DNA of 63,940 nt, filler included, from Octopus bimaculoides (GCF_001194135.2; 6 parts of 6 records of this genome joined end to end with filler, not necessarily neighbours in it), one strand, 5' to 3'; shown: positions 39,441 through 53,384, counted from the whole stretch's first letter. A program made the numbers and translations. Notes: a model not told the origin generated them from the letters alone.

Positions 39441-41340
39441 TATGCCAACTCATTATATCAGGTGTATTGTGCTTGCATTTTATTTAGGTTTTCTCTGGGA
39501 CATCCCACCAGTATTCTTTTTAATTATGAGTGGCTCCTACCATACTGTGGGCTCTTATTTCTATGTCCTCTGGGTTTTCCTTCCCACATATTTCATTATA
39601 CAGTGTCCTAACTATGAAGTCATGCTTTATCGGTAGATAATACCGCATTGACATTTTCGGACAACCGCTTATGATAAGGGTGATATCTTCAGTTTTAACT
39701 CCACAGAGTCTGCATCCTCGTTGTCCTGCTATTCCTGCATCTCTATCCCTATCGTGCATCAGGTATTTGGTTGATATTTCCTGTTCTTGGATTGCAAACG
39801 CTAACTCTACTAAAAGGGAGGCAATAATCCGGTTACTGGTCCATGTGACTGCTTTGATGATCAATGTTGCTATCATTGTGGCACTTTCTACTAACATATG
39901 CATGCATAGTCTTCTGCTCATATAGGTACACCCTTTCGTGCGACTGTTTCCGGCATGTATTTTTGGTTATCAGACAAAGAATGTTGCTCAAGGAGCTGCC
40001 TTCCAAGTTTTATAATATTATCAACCTCATATATGCAAACTTGGTTAAGGGATTCACTTCGAGACTTCATGGTTAAAAATGTTGCCGAAGGGATATGATA
40101 CGACATTCAAAGGCGTTATGGATCAACGTCAAGCCCCTGCCGCCTTGTTTTCGTTTTTAAAAAATTAATTGTTTTCGTGTGGAAATTATGTGTGCTTGTT
40201 AGGATTTTTTCGGTTTTCACATCAACGGCTCGGATCTCATCAAGCGTTCAATCGAGCAGCCCAAATGTTGGTATGAGTACTGGCACTGTATACACGTTAT
40301 AGGTCCAAATTTTATATTTCCGGCTGTAATATTCTTTAGTGACGCGTGTTTTGTTGCAAATGCTATTATAAGATATGTTTTCAACCACCCCTAGATAACT
40401 GTAACATTCCTCGTCAGATATAAGGGAAACAGTCAAATCATTTATGGAGATGTTACTAGTCTGATTAACAGTTTTCTCCCTTTCACTACCATATAACGAC
40501 ATTTATCCTGACTAAGCTCTAGCCTTGCATCCTTTGAGAATGTTGTAACTAGGTCAAGGCTCTTTTTCAACTAGTGCATACGCTTTGCATAAAATTTCAA
40601 GTCATCCACAAAGAAACAGTGTGTAATTTTGGTATATCTGTTTCCATGTAAACCAGTGAGATAGCGTTCAGACTTCCTTAACACGAATGACAAAGGGTTT
40701 ACGGAAAGGATAAACAACATCACAGAGGCTGTAACCTTAGAATATGCCTCTGCGATACTGTATTCTATCAGTTATAATACAATCGCTCTTTGTGATTAAT
40801 TTCAAGATGGGTTGCCCACGATGAGGTTATGTCAGCTATGGCTTTGAATAATCTCACTGGAACTTAGAAAGTTGAAGGGCTTCTAGCATCCATGAGTGTG
40901 GAAAATAGTCAAAAGCTTTCTTGTAGTCTGTCCACATTGAAACTAGGTTTCTCCTATGCTCTCGCACCTCTGACATCACAGTTTTGTTGCTTAATAATTG
41001 TACGGTACATCCCCAGTCTCCCTTCTGCTCAGCTATTTGGTCTGCTATGATGTTATTGGTTTCTCAATGGTCATGGTGGAAGAAGTTAAAGCATGCTCTA
41101 TATATCTTATACATTAAGTCATGGCATGCAATTGGCCGGTATTTGTTCGGCATGTTGGTAGTTCTGCATTTGGAAATTAATTTTAATTCTGTCAGAGCTA
41201 ACCAGTGGGGTATGCTACTCTGGGGTAAGCTCCTATTGAGAGCTTCCTGGTACAGATTGATAAGATATGGTCGGTTGAAGGTTAGCTTCTTGTACAAATA
41301 TGTAGTCTTGGATATCCAATCTTGAATATCCAACATGTAT
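39440..41340 (-). mobile_element. RLE-type retrotransposon fragments (RT to zinc knuckle), internally deleted and interrupted
   Basis: NKYRPIACHDLMYKIY, EECYSYLGVVENISY, VPVLIPTFGLLD and CRLCGVKTEDITLIISGCPKMS.RYYLPIKHD. Confidence 0.82.
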
Positions 41341-42508
41341 GTATGAATGTATGTATGTATGTATGTATGTATGCATGCATGTATGTATGTATATATGGAC
41401 ATTACTGTTTCGAGTCTTTGGACTGATAAGGCCGGTTATGAGGTTACCGTGGCTTAAAAGTGACCGAAATAGAAACGTTCCTCTTGATCGTGACACCAGT
41501 CAGTTGCAGGATTAATTAGTTGCATATGGGCAGATGGAGAAAAGTGAAATGTTCTTCACTCGCACCACCCGGTCCAGTAATCGAAATGCCGATTGCAATG
41601 TATTTGTTTGTGTGCTTGGGTGTACATATGTATGTATATATGTAGGTATATTTAAAAGGGGAGGGACATAGAACAACCAGCACGCGAAAAGAGGGAGTAA
41701 AAGAGAAAGAAACCGCGATGCTTAAAAAGCAGATCGAAATGCAAAGAGATGACGGCACAAAAAGGAAGAGAACAAGATTCGATTATATTGTATATCATCA
41801 ATTATAAATATAGTCCGCATTGCTGGCACCTTGGGTGAAATCAAGCATATGTGATTTCCATATATTGCCTATGTATAATATTTGCACGAGTGTTATGTCT
41901 GACATTATTTACACTTATATAATCATCACGCATTTAGAACACGTGTGTTTGTGTGTGTGTTTGCACAAGTGAGCGCGTGCGTTGAGTCTACGTGTTGCCG
42001 TGTAATAACATCAAGGTGTTTGTGCTAGTGTCTATATGCATACATTTAAAATCTCGCAAGCGGACGTTAATCTATTCTATATACGTGCATGTTCCCTTTA
42101 TTTACTTATTCATTTATTTATCTATTTACTAATTTATTCCTTTATTCATTTCTTTACTTATATATTTCGCTATTGGTTCATAGTTTCAATACATAACAGT
42201 ACTATTATGCATGCGTTTTTCTATATATATTTACGTAAGTTATATACAGAGTATGTGTTACCCTATTCTGTTCGTCTTCTAAATGTCAAAGTAGTTTTTA
42301 TATGATACATAAAGTTTACTTCAGTATGTAGAAACAGTAACTTGTGCTTTTCTGTGTATATGTGAATATACACATTTCACATTAGGGAGCATTATGCATC
42401 ATTTCTATGCAATTCTTCGCAAATGTATAACTTATAATGTTTTCTGCGAAATGCTACATTCTATAAAATAATGATTTGTATGGATGCATGTAAGCAGGTA
42501 GGTATTAG

Positions 42509-42557
<49 letters not shown>

Positions 42558-44934
42558 CATATATATGTATATATGCGTGTGTTTGTATATTTGTATCTAT
42601 GTATGCATAGATTGATAGATATAGATAGATAGATAGATAGATACATACATACATACATACATGCATACATACATACATACATACATACTTACATACATAT
42701 AAACGTCACAAGAAAAGCAAGTTAGATTATGTGGCAAGGAAAAGAATAGAATGTATGTCTGATGTTACATAAGCAAAACGATGTTAAAATCATGCGAAAC
42801 AAAGAGTGTGTACGTGTGAGTGTGTGTATATATATATAATACATACGCACACGCACACACGCACACACACACACACATACACACACAACTCAGAATGTCA
42901 CACATATATTTATGTACGTTGGATTTGAGCATATATGTATACACTGCGTTGTGCTTACTAATATTTTGGCGGGGCATTGCTGAATCCGTTATTCTCAGAC
43001 AAAATATCATGTTCCGTTTACTTACGTATCTCACCTTTCATTTTGAGTGAAAATCTTGCCGAGGTCAGCTTTGCTTTTCATTCTTCTAATATCGATTTAA
43101 TAAATAATAGTGGAGTAATTAGATCTATATAAACCACTATACCCTTTATGGCAGTGCTCCAGCATGATCTACTGTATGTTTATTGAAAATACTTAAGTAA
43201 TATCTCTCGTTTTGTGTGCGCATGTGTGTGTTTGTGTGTGTGCCCGGGTGCGTGTGGGTGCGTGTGTGTTTGTGTTTATATGTGTTTTGTGTTTTTGTGT
43301 GTTAGTGAGTGTATATTTTTTTTTTTATTTCTGGGGTTTTGATGTGGGAGTTTGTGTGTTTTGTATGAGGGTATTTCTGTATGTGAATGCATAGCTTCTG
43401 TATTAGAACATATGGATTCTGCATAAATCGTCATGTAACACAGTAGCGTATTAAACAGCGAACGAACTACTAAATTTTCCCTTGAGTTGAATTGTGAAAT
43501 CAATAACTTTAATTAAAAGATGGACATTAACGTATTTCATATTTTATGGCTTCATTTTAATTGCCTATTTTAATTGCCGATATTTCAGGGAATTAAATGA
43601 AAAATAAGGAATGAGGACAAGTGTGATTAATAAAATAAAAACTTATGAAAAATTCTCTGGAGTCAATTGAACAATAAGTTTTATTTTGTTTCACTCCAGA
43701 GTTTCTAATAATTATATCTTATAAATATCATTGCTGTTTGCATCCACACTATGCCGTGCATTCTGTCTTATATATGCAAATCTCTCTCTCTCTTTCTCTC
43801 ATTACACACATACACACACACTTGTGCATGTATGTATTTATGACTGAGTGTATACGTCTATATGTATGTATACAAAAGTGTGTAGAAGTTTTGTTTGATC
43901 GAGTGTCTAAGTGCATATGTAGCGTCATAGTATGTGTGTATAAAATGAGCATGACTCGAGTTAGATATAAAAGTATATCACCTGCTTAATGTGGATTTTA
44001 TGCAATTTAAACGGATAACCTATGTCCTTGACTGAAATGAACCGGTTAAGACACAAATATATATAATTCACGAGACTTGAAGTATTAAACTTGCATCCAT
44101 TCTGTAGTCAATTTGTGTATACAAAATTATACTCGAGTGTAATTTTATGTTCGCTTACTGAACTAAGTAATTTAAGCGAATAATCTGTGGCTTATAATGT
44201 AATCATAATCACGTAATTAATATCAAACCAACTGCAGCAAATCATAGCTGGTGCATAGGAAAAAGCAATGTGTAGCATTGTAATAAACGCATCAGCGGAG
44301 TGAATACTGGGTAGAATTTCCATTGCATGTTTTCTCATGATGATTATCATGTTAATATATTTTCCGTGGAGACTAAATATATAAACGTACGTCAACGAGT
44401 GGATAAGAAGTTCACTTCAGAAACATATTATTTCAGGTTCAATTTCACAAGGTGGCAGTGGAGGCAAATATATTCCGACATGACATCAACTCTAGATTAC
44501 TTTCCGAATAGAAACACTATTGAAGGGAATATCAATCCATCGCTGGGTCTATCTAAACGCAAAGTCATGGACCGCGACACGGACACACTTTAGGTCGGAC
44601 AAATTTTGTAACATGAATCAAGCGCCTTGTCAAATGAAAAGCATATAGTTGTACTAAGCACTACACCTATGAGAATACGATATATCTATCTATACAATAT
44701 GTATATATATNNNNNNNNNNNNNNNNNNNNNNNNNNNNNNNNNNNNNNNNNNNNNNNNNNNNNNNNNNNNNNNNNNNNNNNNNNNNNNNNNNNNNNNNNN
44801 NNNNNNNNNNNNNNNNNNNNNNNNNNNNNNNNNNNNNNNNNNNNNNNNNNNNNNNNNNNNNNNNNNNNNNNNNNNNNNNNNNNNNNNNNNNNNNNNNNNN
44901 NNNNNNNNNNNNNNNNNNNNNNNNNNNNNNATGT

Positions 44935-45110
44935 ATATTGCCCACAGGGGGCTAAATACAGAAAAGAGAAAAAAGGAAAACAATGGGATTAAGTCGATTA
45001 CATCGACTGGCACGTATTTAATCAACCCCGGAAGGATGAAAGGCAAAGTCGACATCGGCGAAATTTGAACTTAGAACGTAACGGCAGAAGAAATACCGCT
45101 AAGCATTTTG
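44935..45110 (-). mobile_element. tRNA-derived SINE family B copy
   Basis: Reverse complement of ...gttacgttctaagttcaaatttcgccgatgtcgactttgcctttcatcc...taatcgacttaatcc. Confidence 0.85.
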
Positions 45111-45973
45111 TCTGTAAAGGTCATTAGTTCAATGAGGCTGATACAAGTGTGTTCCAGGCTTACCTGAATTTTCTGGATCCTGAGACATAACATTAACTTC
45201 TCTCACCGCAAGAGAAAACAACTAAAGGCAACGGTATCAAACTCCCGCGATCCCCAAAGAAGATCAACAGTAGCAGCTTTGTAGTAACAGTGACATTAGC
45301 TTCGTAGTAACAATAACATTAGCTTCGGCGGTCGATCCATCATGATACAAAAATCAGGCTGGAATCAGTAAGAGAGCAAAAGGGTGTATAAACATACACT
45401 CACTGATACACACTAGTGCATACTCAGTTTCGTACATATTTTTGATTATAAAAGGATTTATAGCAATCAAGGCATACGAACTTGTAGTACGTCTCCGATT
45501 GACCAGTCAGAGATGCACAGAGCAGCCATTGAAATAATCCATTATCATTCTGTAAGCAATAATTAAGAACAGTCACTGTTAATTTTTAATTCGCGATTCC
45601 AATTTATGCTTTGTGTGAACCAACACCAGTTATCACATTCATACATATATTTTATAACAGTATCAGTTGTAATGGCAGCAAGCAAGAGTAAGTTAGAAAT
45701 CTGCTTTTAACTTGGAGGCAATTTTAATACAGATGTCAAGCATAGACACGTTTAACGGAGTGTGTGGTGGATTAAAATTGAAGTAATACAATCCATTTTA
45801 TTGAGCGCTAAACTATGAAATACCAGATTATCATTGATGGTGTTTTAACATCTATATTATTATACTGCATTGGNNNNNNNNNNNNNNNNNNNNNNNNNNN
45901 NNNNNNNNNNNNNNNNNTTAATTAATTAANNNNNNNNNNNNNNNNNNNNNNNNNNNNNNNNNNNNNNNNNNNN

Positions 45974-46047
<74 letters not shown>

Positions 46048-49000
46048 TCGATATTTGACAGGCTTCTTTCTGTTTCCATCTGTCAAGTCTACTCGCAAGG
46101 CATTGATCAGCCTGAGGCTATAGTAGAAGACACTTGCCCAAGGTGCCACACAGTGGGACTGAACCTAGAAGCTTGTGGCTGGAAACAAGCTTCTTACTAC
46201 ACAGCCATGCCTGCACCTATATGCACACACACACACACACACACAAGGGGCTTCTTTCAGGTTCCAGTGTCTGCATATAACTTGTGAGATTAAGAGCCTA
46301 CATTTGGAATGTTCCGCACTAAAATGCAGGTCTGGGGTAAGGTATATTTTTTTTGAGGGTGGATGTCAGGGAGAAGACAGGCAGTTCTCCATGTTTGCAA
46401 ATCTGCACCCACTTCATGTAATTAGTGCTGTTGTAGGCGTTATCAGCAGAATGTAATGAGCAATTATTTTCCCTGTTTCAGATTGATATTTTATAAAACT
46501 AGACACCTCTACTGTTATATTTGATTAGAGATTTACAATATTTTAGATAATTAGACAGATAAGAAATGTTATTAATTTGCTTATTTTTTTTTATCTAATT
46601 TCCATTTCCCCCGATTCCCCCCCCCTTTTTATTAAATAAAAATATCTTCCATCTGCTTCAATTTCAATCTACAGCACTTGAGGCCCTGAAAATAATGAAT
46701 ATGGGGGGGGGTGACACATTTAACCCTTTAGCATTCAGATTACTCTGTCAAATGTAATGTCTATTTATTCCCATTGTTCTGAATTTATCATGCAATCTCT
46801 TGTAGCTTTGACATTTCAATGATGTCTTAATATAATTATCATCATCCTTTAATGTCTGTTTTGGGTTGGCATGAAGCTGACCAGCCGGGAGAGCTGTCCA
46901 GACTCCAGTTGTCTGTTGTGGCATGTTTTCTACAGTTGGATATCCTTCCTAACACCAACCACTTTACAGAGTGTAGTGGGTGCCTATGTATATTTTGTAT
47001 ATTTTTAGAATGACATTGTAGGGTAGGTGTGAGAGGTTAGATCTGGTCAGTTTTAACATAAAACAGGCTGAATATTTGGGCTGGCTAGAGTTGGTTTGAA
47101 TGCTAATGAGTTAATGAAATCAAGCTCAGAATATTATGACTTATTCTGGCAATACTGGAAAGATCAATGATATAAAGTTAATCTAAGGATTTCAACTTTG
47201 AACTATTTTTTCTTATATTTATAACTTTATTAACTCACAATTTTTTCAATTGGTTTAACCCTTTTGTTACCATATTTCTGTTGGAATACACTGCCTTTGT
47301 GTTTCAATCAATTTTAGAAATGGTGAATTTAGTCAACTAAGTTTGTCATTAATTTAGCTGGTGTTTGGAATACAGCAAATTTTGATGGAAGGCTTTTTAA
47401 TTTAGATCACTTCAACCCTTTTGTTACAATATTTCTGCTGAAATACATAGTCTCAGATTAATAATGAATACTTTAGTAAAATAACCTTTTTTGTAAGGAA
47501 GCTGGTGTTTAGAATATTAATTAACATAAAATCTTAATGGGAAGTTTTAATAATGATCGCTTTAAGCAGGAGATTTGTATCATAGAATTAGGAACAGTCT
47601 GAGGCGGATCGGTATTAGAAGAGTTTAAAAAAAACATCTCTGATCATTCCTTAGTTTTTGTCTACAATATATATATATATATATTGCAGAGATGTATAGA
47701 GATAAACATCATTCCCTTTGCTTTGTTGGATACATAAGGTGTTCGTTCTTGTAAGGTGAGGATTTTGTTTATTTATATATATTTTGGTAATATACTATGC
47801 TGACGAGTGGAAATTAGATTTCATTCTGGTAATTGTGAAATCGGTCGATACATAGCTGAGTTTTTTAAAAAAAAGGTTGATTTCTTATGAGGGTTGTTTT
47901 TCCTTACATTCGGTACTAAAATGTGTTTATTTGGGAAGTCTGTTGTGTGGCATTATTCTGTAGTAATGCCCTTATATAAATATAAACGTGTATATATATA
48001 TGTGTATGTATGTATANNNNNNNNNNNNNNNNNNNNNNNNNNNNNNNNNNNNNNNNNNNNNNNNNNNNNNNNNNNNNNNNNNNNNNNNNNNNNNNNNNNN
48101 NNNNNNNNNNNNNNNNNNNNNNNNNNNNNNNNNNNNNNNNNNNNNNNNNNNNNNNNNNNNNNNNNNNNNNNNNNNNNNNNNNNNNNNNNNNNNNNNNNNN
48201 NNNNTATATATATATATATATATATATATATGTTTTGATTTTTTTCTGAATGAATTTATTATAATATACCCATAAGAGCAGGCATAGGTTGAGAAACTTA
48301 CTTTCCAGCCATGTGATTTTAGGTTCAATCCCACTGCAGGGCAACTAAGACCAGTGGATTTGATAGATAGAAACTAAAAGACACCTGCCTGTATGTGTGT
48401 GTGTGTAGAGGCAATGCAAAGTAACTGAGACCTTTGGTGATGTGTTGTGCTTGAAAAGACTTTACAAACCAAATAAAATTGTCGTCATTGCCAATGCCGG
48501 CGTTACATAACTGGCACCCATTACACTCTTGGAGTGGTTGGCGTTAGGAAGGGCATCCAGCTGTAGAAACCATGCCAAATCAGATTGGAACCTGGTGCAG
48601 CTCCAGTCAAACCAGCTAACCCATGCCAGCATGGAAACCAGATGGCAAATGATGATGATGTATATATAAGTAGACTCCAGAAGAGGAGGAGAAACCAGCT
48701 AAATAATAGGAAATATAGCCACCACCACCACCAACAACAACAACTAATATTTATAGAATATTTTTGCAGTTTTCCATGACTGTCCACCTATGGGTACCAT
48801 CTACACACAGACACTGTCTAGATGTAGACATCATTCACAGGTCCAGCGATGATCTTAGTCAAACATAAAAGAGATTTTGACCATTATTTTTATCACACTG
48901 AGAGAGACATACAAAACTCTCATTACCTCCTGTAATGTCTCTAAAACTATAAATACCTAATGAGTTTTCTCCATTTTCAAATCGTTAGAGTGATGTGAGT

Positions 49001-49099
49001 GAGATTTAGCTACTGCTTCTAGCAAGTTGACAGACACATAGAGCCACTCTCATTAGTTACTGTAGTGTATCTTTAATACTCTGTAAGGAACATGGGGCC

Positions 49100-49318
49100 T
49101 GTTTCTGGGTTTCTGTGGCGCATATATTCCTCCTCCTGCCACTGTATGGGATGCTGGTCCATCACAGGGTTACTCCTTTTTATCAGCTGAGTGGACTGAA
49201 GCAGCATGAAATGAAGTGTTTTGCTCAAGAACGCAATGTATCGCCCGGACCAGGAATTGCAACCACAATCTTACAATCATTAGTCCGACACCCTAACCAC
49301 TACGCCATGTGCCTCTGT
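49100..49318 (-). mobile_element. CORE-like SINE copy
   Basis: cagctgagtggactgaagcagcatgaaatgaagtgttttgctcaaga...ccctaaccactacgccatgtgcctc, with a tRNA head on the minus strand. Confidence 0.7.
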
Positions 49319-49460
49319 AATGTATCTAAGACTACATTATCTTATTTCTTTATTGCCCACAAGAGGCTAAACATAGAGGGGACAAACAAGGACAGACAAA
49401 TGGATTAAGTCGATTACATCGACCCCAGTGCATAACTGGTACTTAATTTANNNNNNNNNN

Positions 49461-49675
49461 CAAGAGGCTAAACATAGAGGGGACAAACAAGGACAGACAA
49501 ATGGATTAAGTCGATTACATCGACCCCAGTGCATAACTGGTACTTAATTTATCGACCCCGAAAGGATGAAAGGCAAAGTCGACCTCGGCAGAATTTGAAC
49601 TCAGAACATAACGGCAGACAAAATACCGCTAAGCATTTCGCCTGGCGTGCTAATGTTTCTGCCAGCTCGCCACCT
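49461..49675 (-). mobile_element. SINE family B, near-complete
   Basis: On the minus strand: gcgagctggcagaaacattagcacgccaggcgaaatgcttagcggtatttt...gagttcaaattctgccgaggtcgactttgcctttcatcctttcggggtcgat. Confidence 0.9.
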
Positions 49676-50876
49676 TAAAGACTACATTATCTAAGACTAC
49701 ATTATCTACTGACCCTCTACCTCACCTTTTTTACAGATGGAAAGCCACAAGAGAAATTTAGCTGCTATTTCTAGCAGGCCAATTCCTTGCTGGCTCTGTA
49801 ACCTTTTTAGTTGTTGTTGTTGTCGTTATATCCATCTAATATTTAATAGTGAGGCGCCAACACTCTTCCACCACTTAAAACATGAGCTTTTGAGCCAGAT
49901 TTGGTTTTGTGGATTTGGTTTTGATATCAAAGCAAGAAGAGACTTCATTGCTAGCAGCGTCTAATGCTGGAGTTTAAAAACAGAGTTAAATTAACTCTGG
50001 TTATGGTGGAAGGAAAAATCTTAAGAAAAATCAGACAAGGGAGGATTAGAAGATAAAAGAAAAGAAAAAATAGAAAAGAAAATCTCAAAAGCCAAAAATC
50101 ATCTAAAATGGGGTCCGCAGTGGTGGAGGAGGAGAGATGGATGAAAAATATGAAAACCTCTTTTATTTGAGAAGTACGCATGATGTATGTAAGTACGTTG
50201 TGTTTGTGTGGTGCATGCCATGACAGATGCATTACATTGTGTACGCACGACATATGCACATCATGTGTGCATGTTTTCATTCGAGACTGCAAGGCACCAT
50301 GCACAATATTCTTGGATTGAAAGACAGATTTATTGCCAAATAAACCTTGAAATACAAAGTAACAAAAGAAAATTGATTTTAGCTTCCATCATCTGCAACC
50401 ACCCCCACCCCCTGCCACTTCCACCACTCTCTGTGCCCCCACCCCCACCACCACAACCTACTCCTTACAAAACTTACATTTACTGTAAGCTTGTGTTTGT
50501 GCTTGTTTTAGTTCTTTCCAAGTATGTATTCGTATAAATGTATATTTGGATAGAATAGATTTGTGTGTATACATTGCTAACTAAACCACACCATAAGTTG
50601 CCTAGTTGAGAATATGCATGCGCAGAATAGTGTATGCGCAAATGCATACACAGACACATGTGTATAAGAATGTAGATGAGCCAGGCGCACAGTCAAATCT
50701 GGCCGTATGTAGTATATGTACAAACAAGCATCTCTTTTCCTCTGTACACAAACATATAAATGCATGCGAATGTGTGTTAATATTAATACACATCTCAGGA
50801 GAGAGATAAATACATCGGAAGAAAAAAGGAAAACAAATGAGAGAGCAAGACAGAGAGAGAAAGAGAGAGAGAAAGA

Positions 50877-50920
<44 letters not shown>

Positions 50921-51026
50921 AAGAGATGAAGAGAGAAGGTCTCAGAAAATGAGAGGGATAGAAAAAGGGTGAGAGAGAAAATAAGGGGAAAGAAAACAAG
51001 GAGAGAAAGAAGTATCATCAACGAAC

Positions 51027-51101
51027 CTTTCAAAAGGTCGTTTCTTCACATAATTCTCCCGGACATATTCCATTAGTTGCTTCTGTGTCTTACCACTATA
51101 C
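51027..51101 (-). CDS. FARP: FARP/Cdep-family exon: second half of FA domain
   Basis: (R)YSGKTQKQLMEYVRENYVKKRPFE(R), resembling FARP SGRTQKQ..Y.K....K..FER. Acceptor ttacAG, donor GTTCGT. 75 nt, phase 2-2, and it joins in frame to the CG left by exon 57798-57958. Confidence 0.93.
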
Positions 51102-51211
51102 CTGTAATATAAGTGGGAAAAGAAAATAATAGAGAAACAGATTAGTACAAGCACTGCAGTAATACACATATAGAAATAAAAACATACACACACATATATA
51201 TATATATATAC

Positions 51212-51495
51212 AGGGTGTCTCAAAAGTCACTGATGGGTTTCAATTTTTAATAATTCCTTAACTTTACAAATGCATGCATGAAATTTTGATACAACATAAA
51301 GGACATAAGTCAAATTTTGCAACACCACTACATCACATATGAAAAATGACATCGCTTAAATGGCAGCCATTTTCCCCTTTGCACGCCCGTGCTCTTTCCA
51401 AAGCTTGCACCATAACACCCTCAAGAGTTTCAGACCCCACTTCTCTGATTTCTCTATTGATGTTCTCCTTCAGTTGCACCAGAGTTTGTTGTAAA
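51212..51495 (-). mobile_element. Tc1/mariner 3'-end fragment with TIR
   Basis: TA|CAGGGTGTCTCAAAAGTC TIR. The minus strand reads QTLVQLKENINREIREVGSETLEGVMVQALERARACKGENGCHLSDVIFH, a transposase C-terminus. Confidence 0.75.
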
Positions 51496-51523
51496 TATAT
51501 ATATATATCTCTACATATACATG

Positions 51524-51565
<42 letters not shown>

Positions 51566-51603
51566 TATTCGCTGAATTTTTTTTCTCCGTGTTTTCTCCG
51601 TAT

Positions 51604-51640
51604 TCTTTCTGTTGAAGAGCATAGCTCGAAACGTTAAAGA
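51604..51640 (+). ncRNA. Minimal type I hammerhead ribozyme-like motif in a Penelope pLTR remnant
   Basis: TCTTT-CTGTTGA-A-GAGC-ata-GCTC-GAAA-CGT-T-AAAGA: 5-bp stem I, 4-bp stem II and palindromic ACGT stem III. Confidence 0.6.
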
Positions 51641-52608
51641 CTTTCTGTATTCCCGAGCGTTATACTAATACATCCTTTTGTTGTTTACACCACCTGTCCT
51701 CATCTGTTGTTTTTTTTTCGTAAATTCTCCCATATATATATATATTTCTTTTACTGCAGTCATGCTGGAGGACTGTTTTGAAGGGTTTAGTCAAACAAAC
51801 TGACTCCGGAAGGTAACTTTTACTTGTTAGAGCCATTAAACTGAGGTCATACTGGGGCACCACCTTGAAGAATTTTAGCCATGTGAATTGACCCCACTAC
51901 ATATATTTTTAAAGCCTGGTACTTATTCCTTCGGTTTATTTTGCCAAACTGCTAAGTTACAGGGACATAATACACACCAACATCAGTTGTCAAGCAGTCA
52001 TGGGGGACAAACAGATACACACACACACACATATATGTATATATATATACACACACATATAAAATAGACGTCTTTCAGTTTCCATCTATCAAATTCCACT
52101 CAACAAGGATTTGGTTGGCCCATGGCTATAATAGAAGACACTGGCCTAAGGTGCCATGCAGTAGGACTGAACCCAAAACTATGTGGTTGGGAAGCAAACT
52201 TCTTACAACAGAGCCACACCTGATTTTTTTTTTTTTAATTTGGTACTTATTCTATCAGTTTCTTTCGCTGAACTGTGAAGTTACAGAGATGAAAACAAAC
52301 ATAACCAACACCAGTTGTCAAGTTGTGGTGGTGGGAGAAGGGAAACAAACAAACAAACAAACATTAAGATATATTTATTTATTACTGACAGGCTTCCACA
52401 CAGGCTCCACTTGCCAAATTCATGGGGAGCCTCAAACTTTGCTACAGAACACTTGCCCAATGGGCTGTGTAGTGGGACTGAACCTGAAACCATGTGGTTG
52501 CAAGGTGAGCTTCTTCACTACACAGCCATGCCTGATTCTGTGTGTATGTGTGTGTGTATGCACATAAGTGCAGGCGTGGGTGTGTGGTAAGAAGATTGCC
52601 AGGCAGTG

Positions 52609-52832
52609 AGCTGGCAGAAACATCAGCACATCGGGCGAAATGTTTACCAGTATTTTGTCTGCCGCTACGTTCTGAGTTCAAATTCTGCCGAGGTTGACTT
52701 TGCCTTTCATCCTTTCGGGGTTGATTAAATAAGTACCAGTTACACACTGGGTCGATATAATCGACTTAATCCATTTGTCTGTCCTTGTTTGTCCCCTCTC
52801 TGTGTAGCCCCTTGTGGACAATAAAGAAATAA
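52609..52832 (+). mobile_element. SINE family B copy
   Basis: gagctggcagaaacatcagcac...gagttcaaattctgccgaggttgactttgcctttcatcctttcgggg...gtccttgtttgtcccctct. Confidence 0.9.
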
Positions 52833-52971
52833 GGAGATTGCTTTCCCAACCACATGGTTCCAGGTGTGTGACATGGTTCCCACTGTGTAACACCTTGGGC
52901 AAATGTCTTTTACTGTAGCCTTGGGCCAACCAAAGCCTTCTGAGTGGATTTAGTAGACGGAAAGAAACCAG

Positions 52972-53008
<37 letters not shown>

Positions 53009-53384
53009 NNNNNNNNNNNNNNNNNNNNNNNNNNNNNNNNNNNNNNNNNNNNNNNNNNNNNNNNNNNNNNNNNNNNNNNNNNNNNNNNNNNNNNNNNNNN
53101 NNNNNNNNNNNNNNNNNNNNNNNNNNNNNNNNNNNNNNNNNNNNNNNNNNNNNNNNNNNNNNNNNNNNNNNNNNNNNNNNNCTATGTGCCCCCCCCCCTC
53201 ACCGCTTGACAACAAGCGTTGGTGTGTTTATATCCCCATGATTTAATGGTTCAACAAAAGAGAATGACAGAATAAGTAATAGGCTTAAAAAATATGTCCT
53301 GGGGGGGGAGGGGTCGATTTGTTTGGCTATATACACATACAATATATACAACATAGATAGGTAAATACATTTTATAGATATACA

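Noticed and set aside
45164-45179. 16-nt microexon candidate ctcAG|GATCCAGAAAATTCAG|GTAAGC (minus strand)
   Set aside because: Good donor but weak polypyrimidine tract, not a multiple of 3, and no homology support.
48927-48929. 3-nt microexon candidate acAG|GAG|GTAATG (minus strand)
   Set aside because: No pyrimidine tract or UGC microexon enhancer and several competing AGs; expected by chance.
49361-49550. 90-nt exact tandem duplication of a SINE-B tail around a 10-N gap
   Set aside because: The same overlap artefact.
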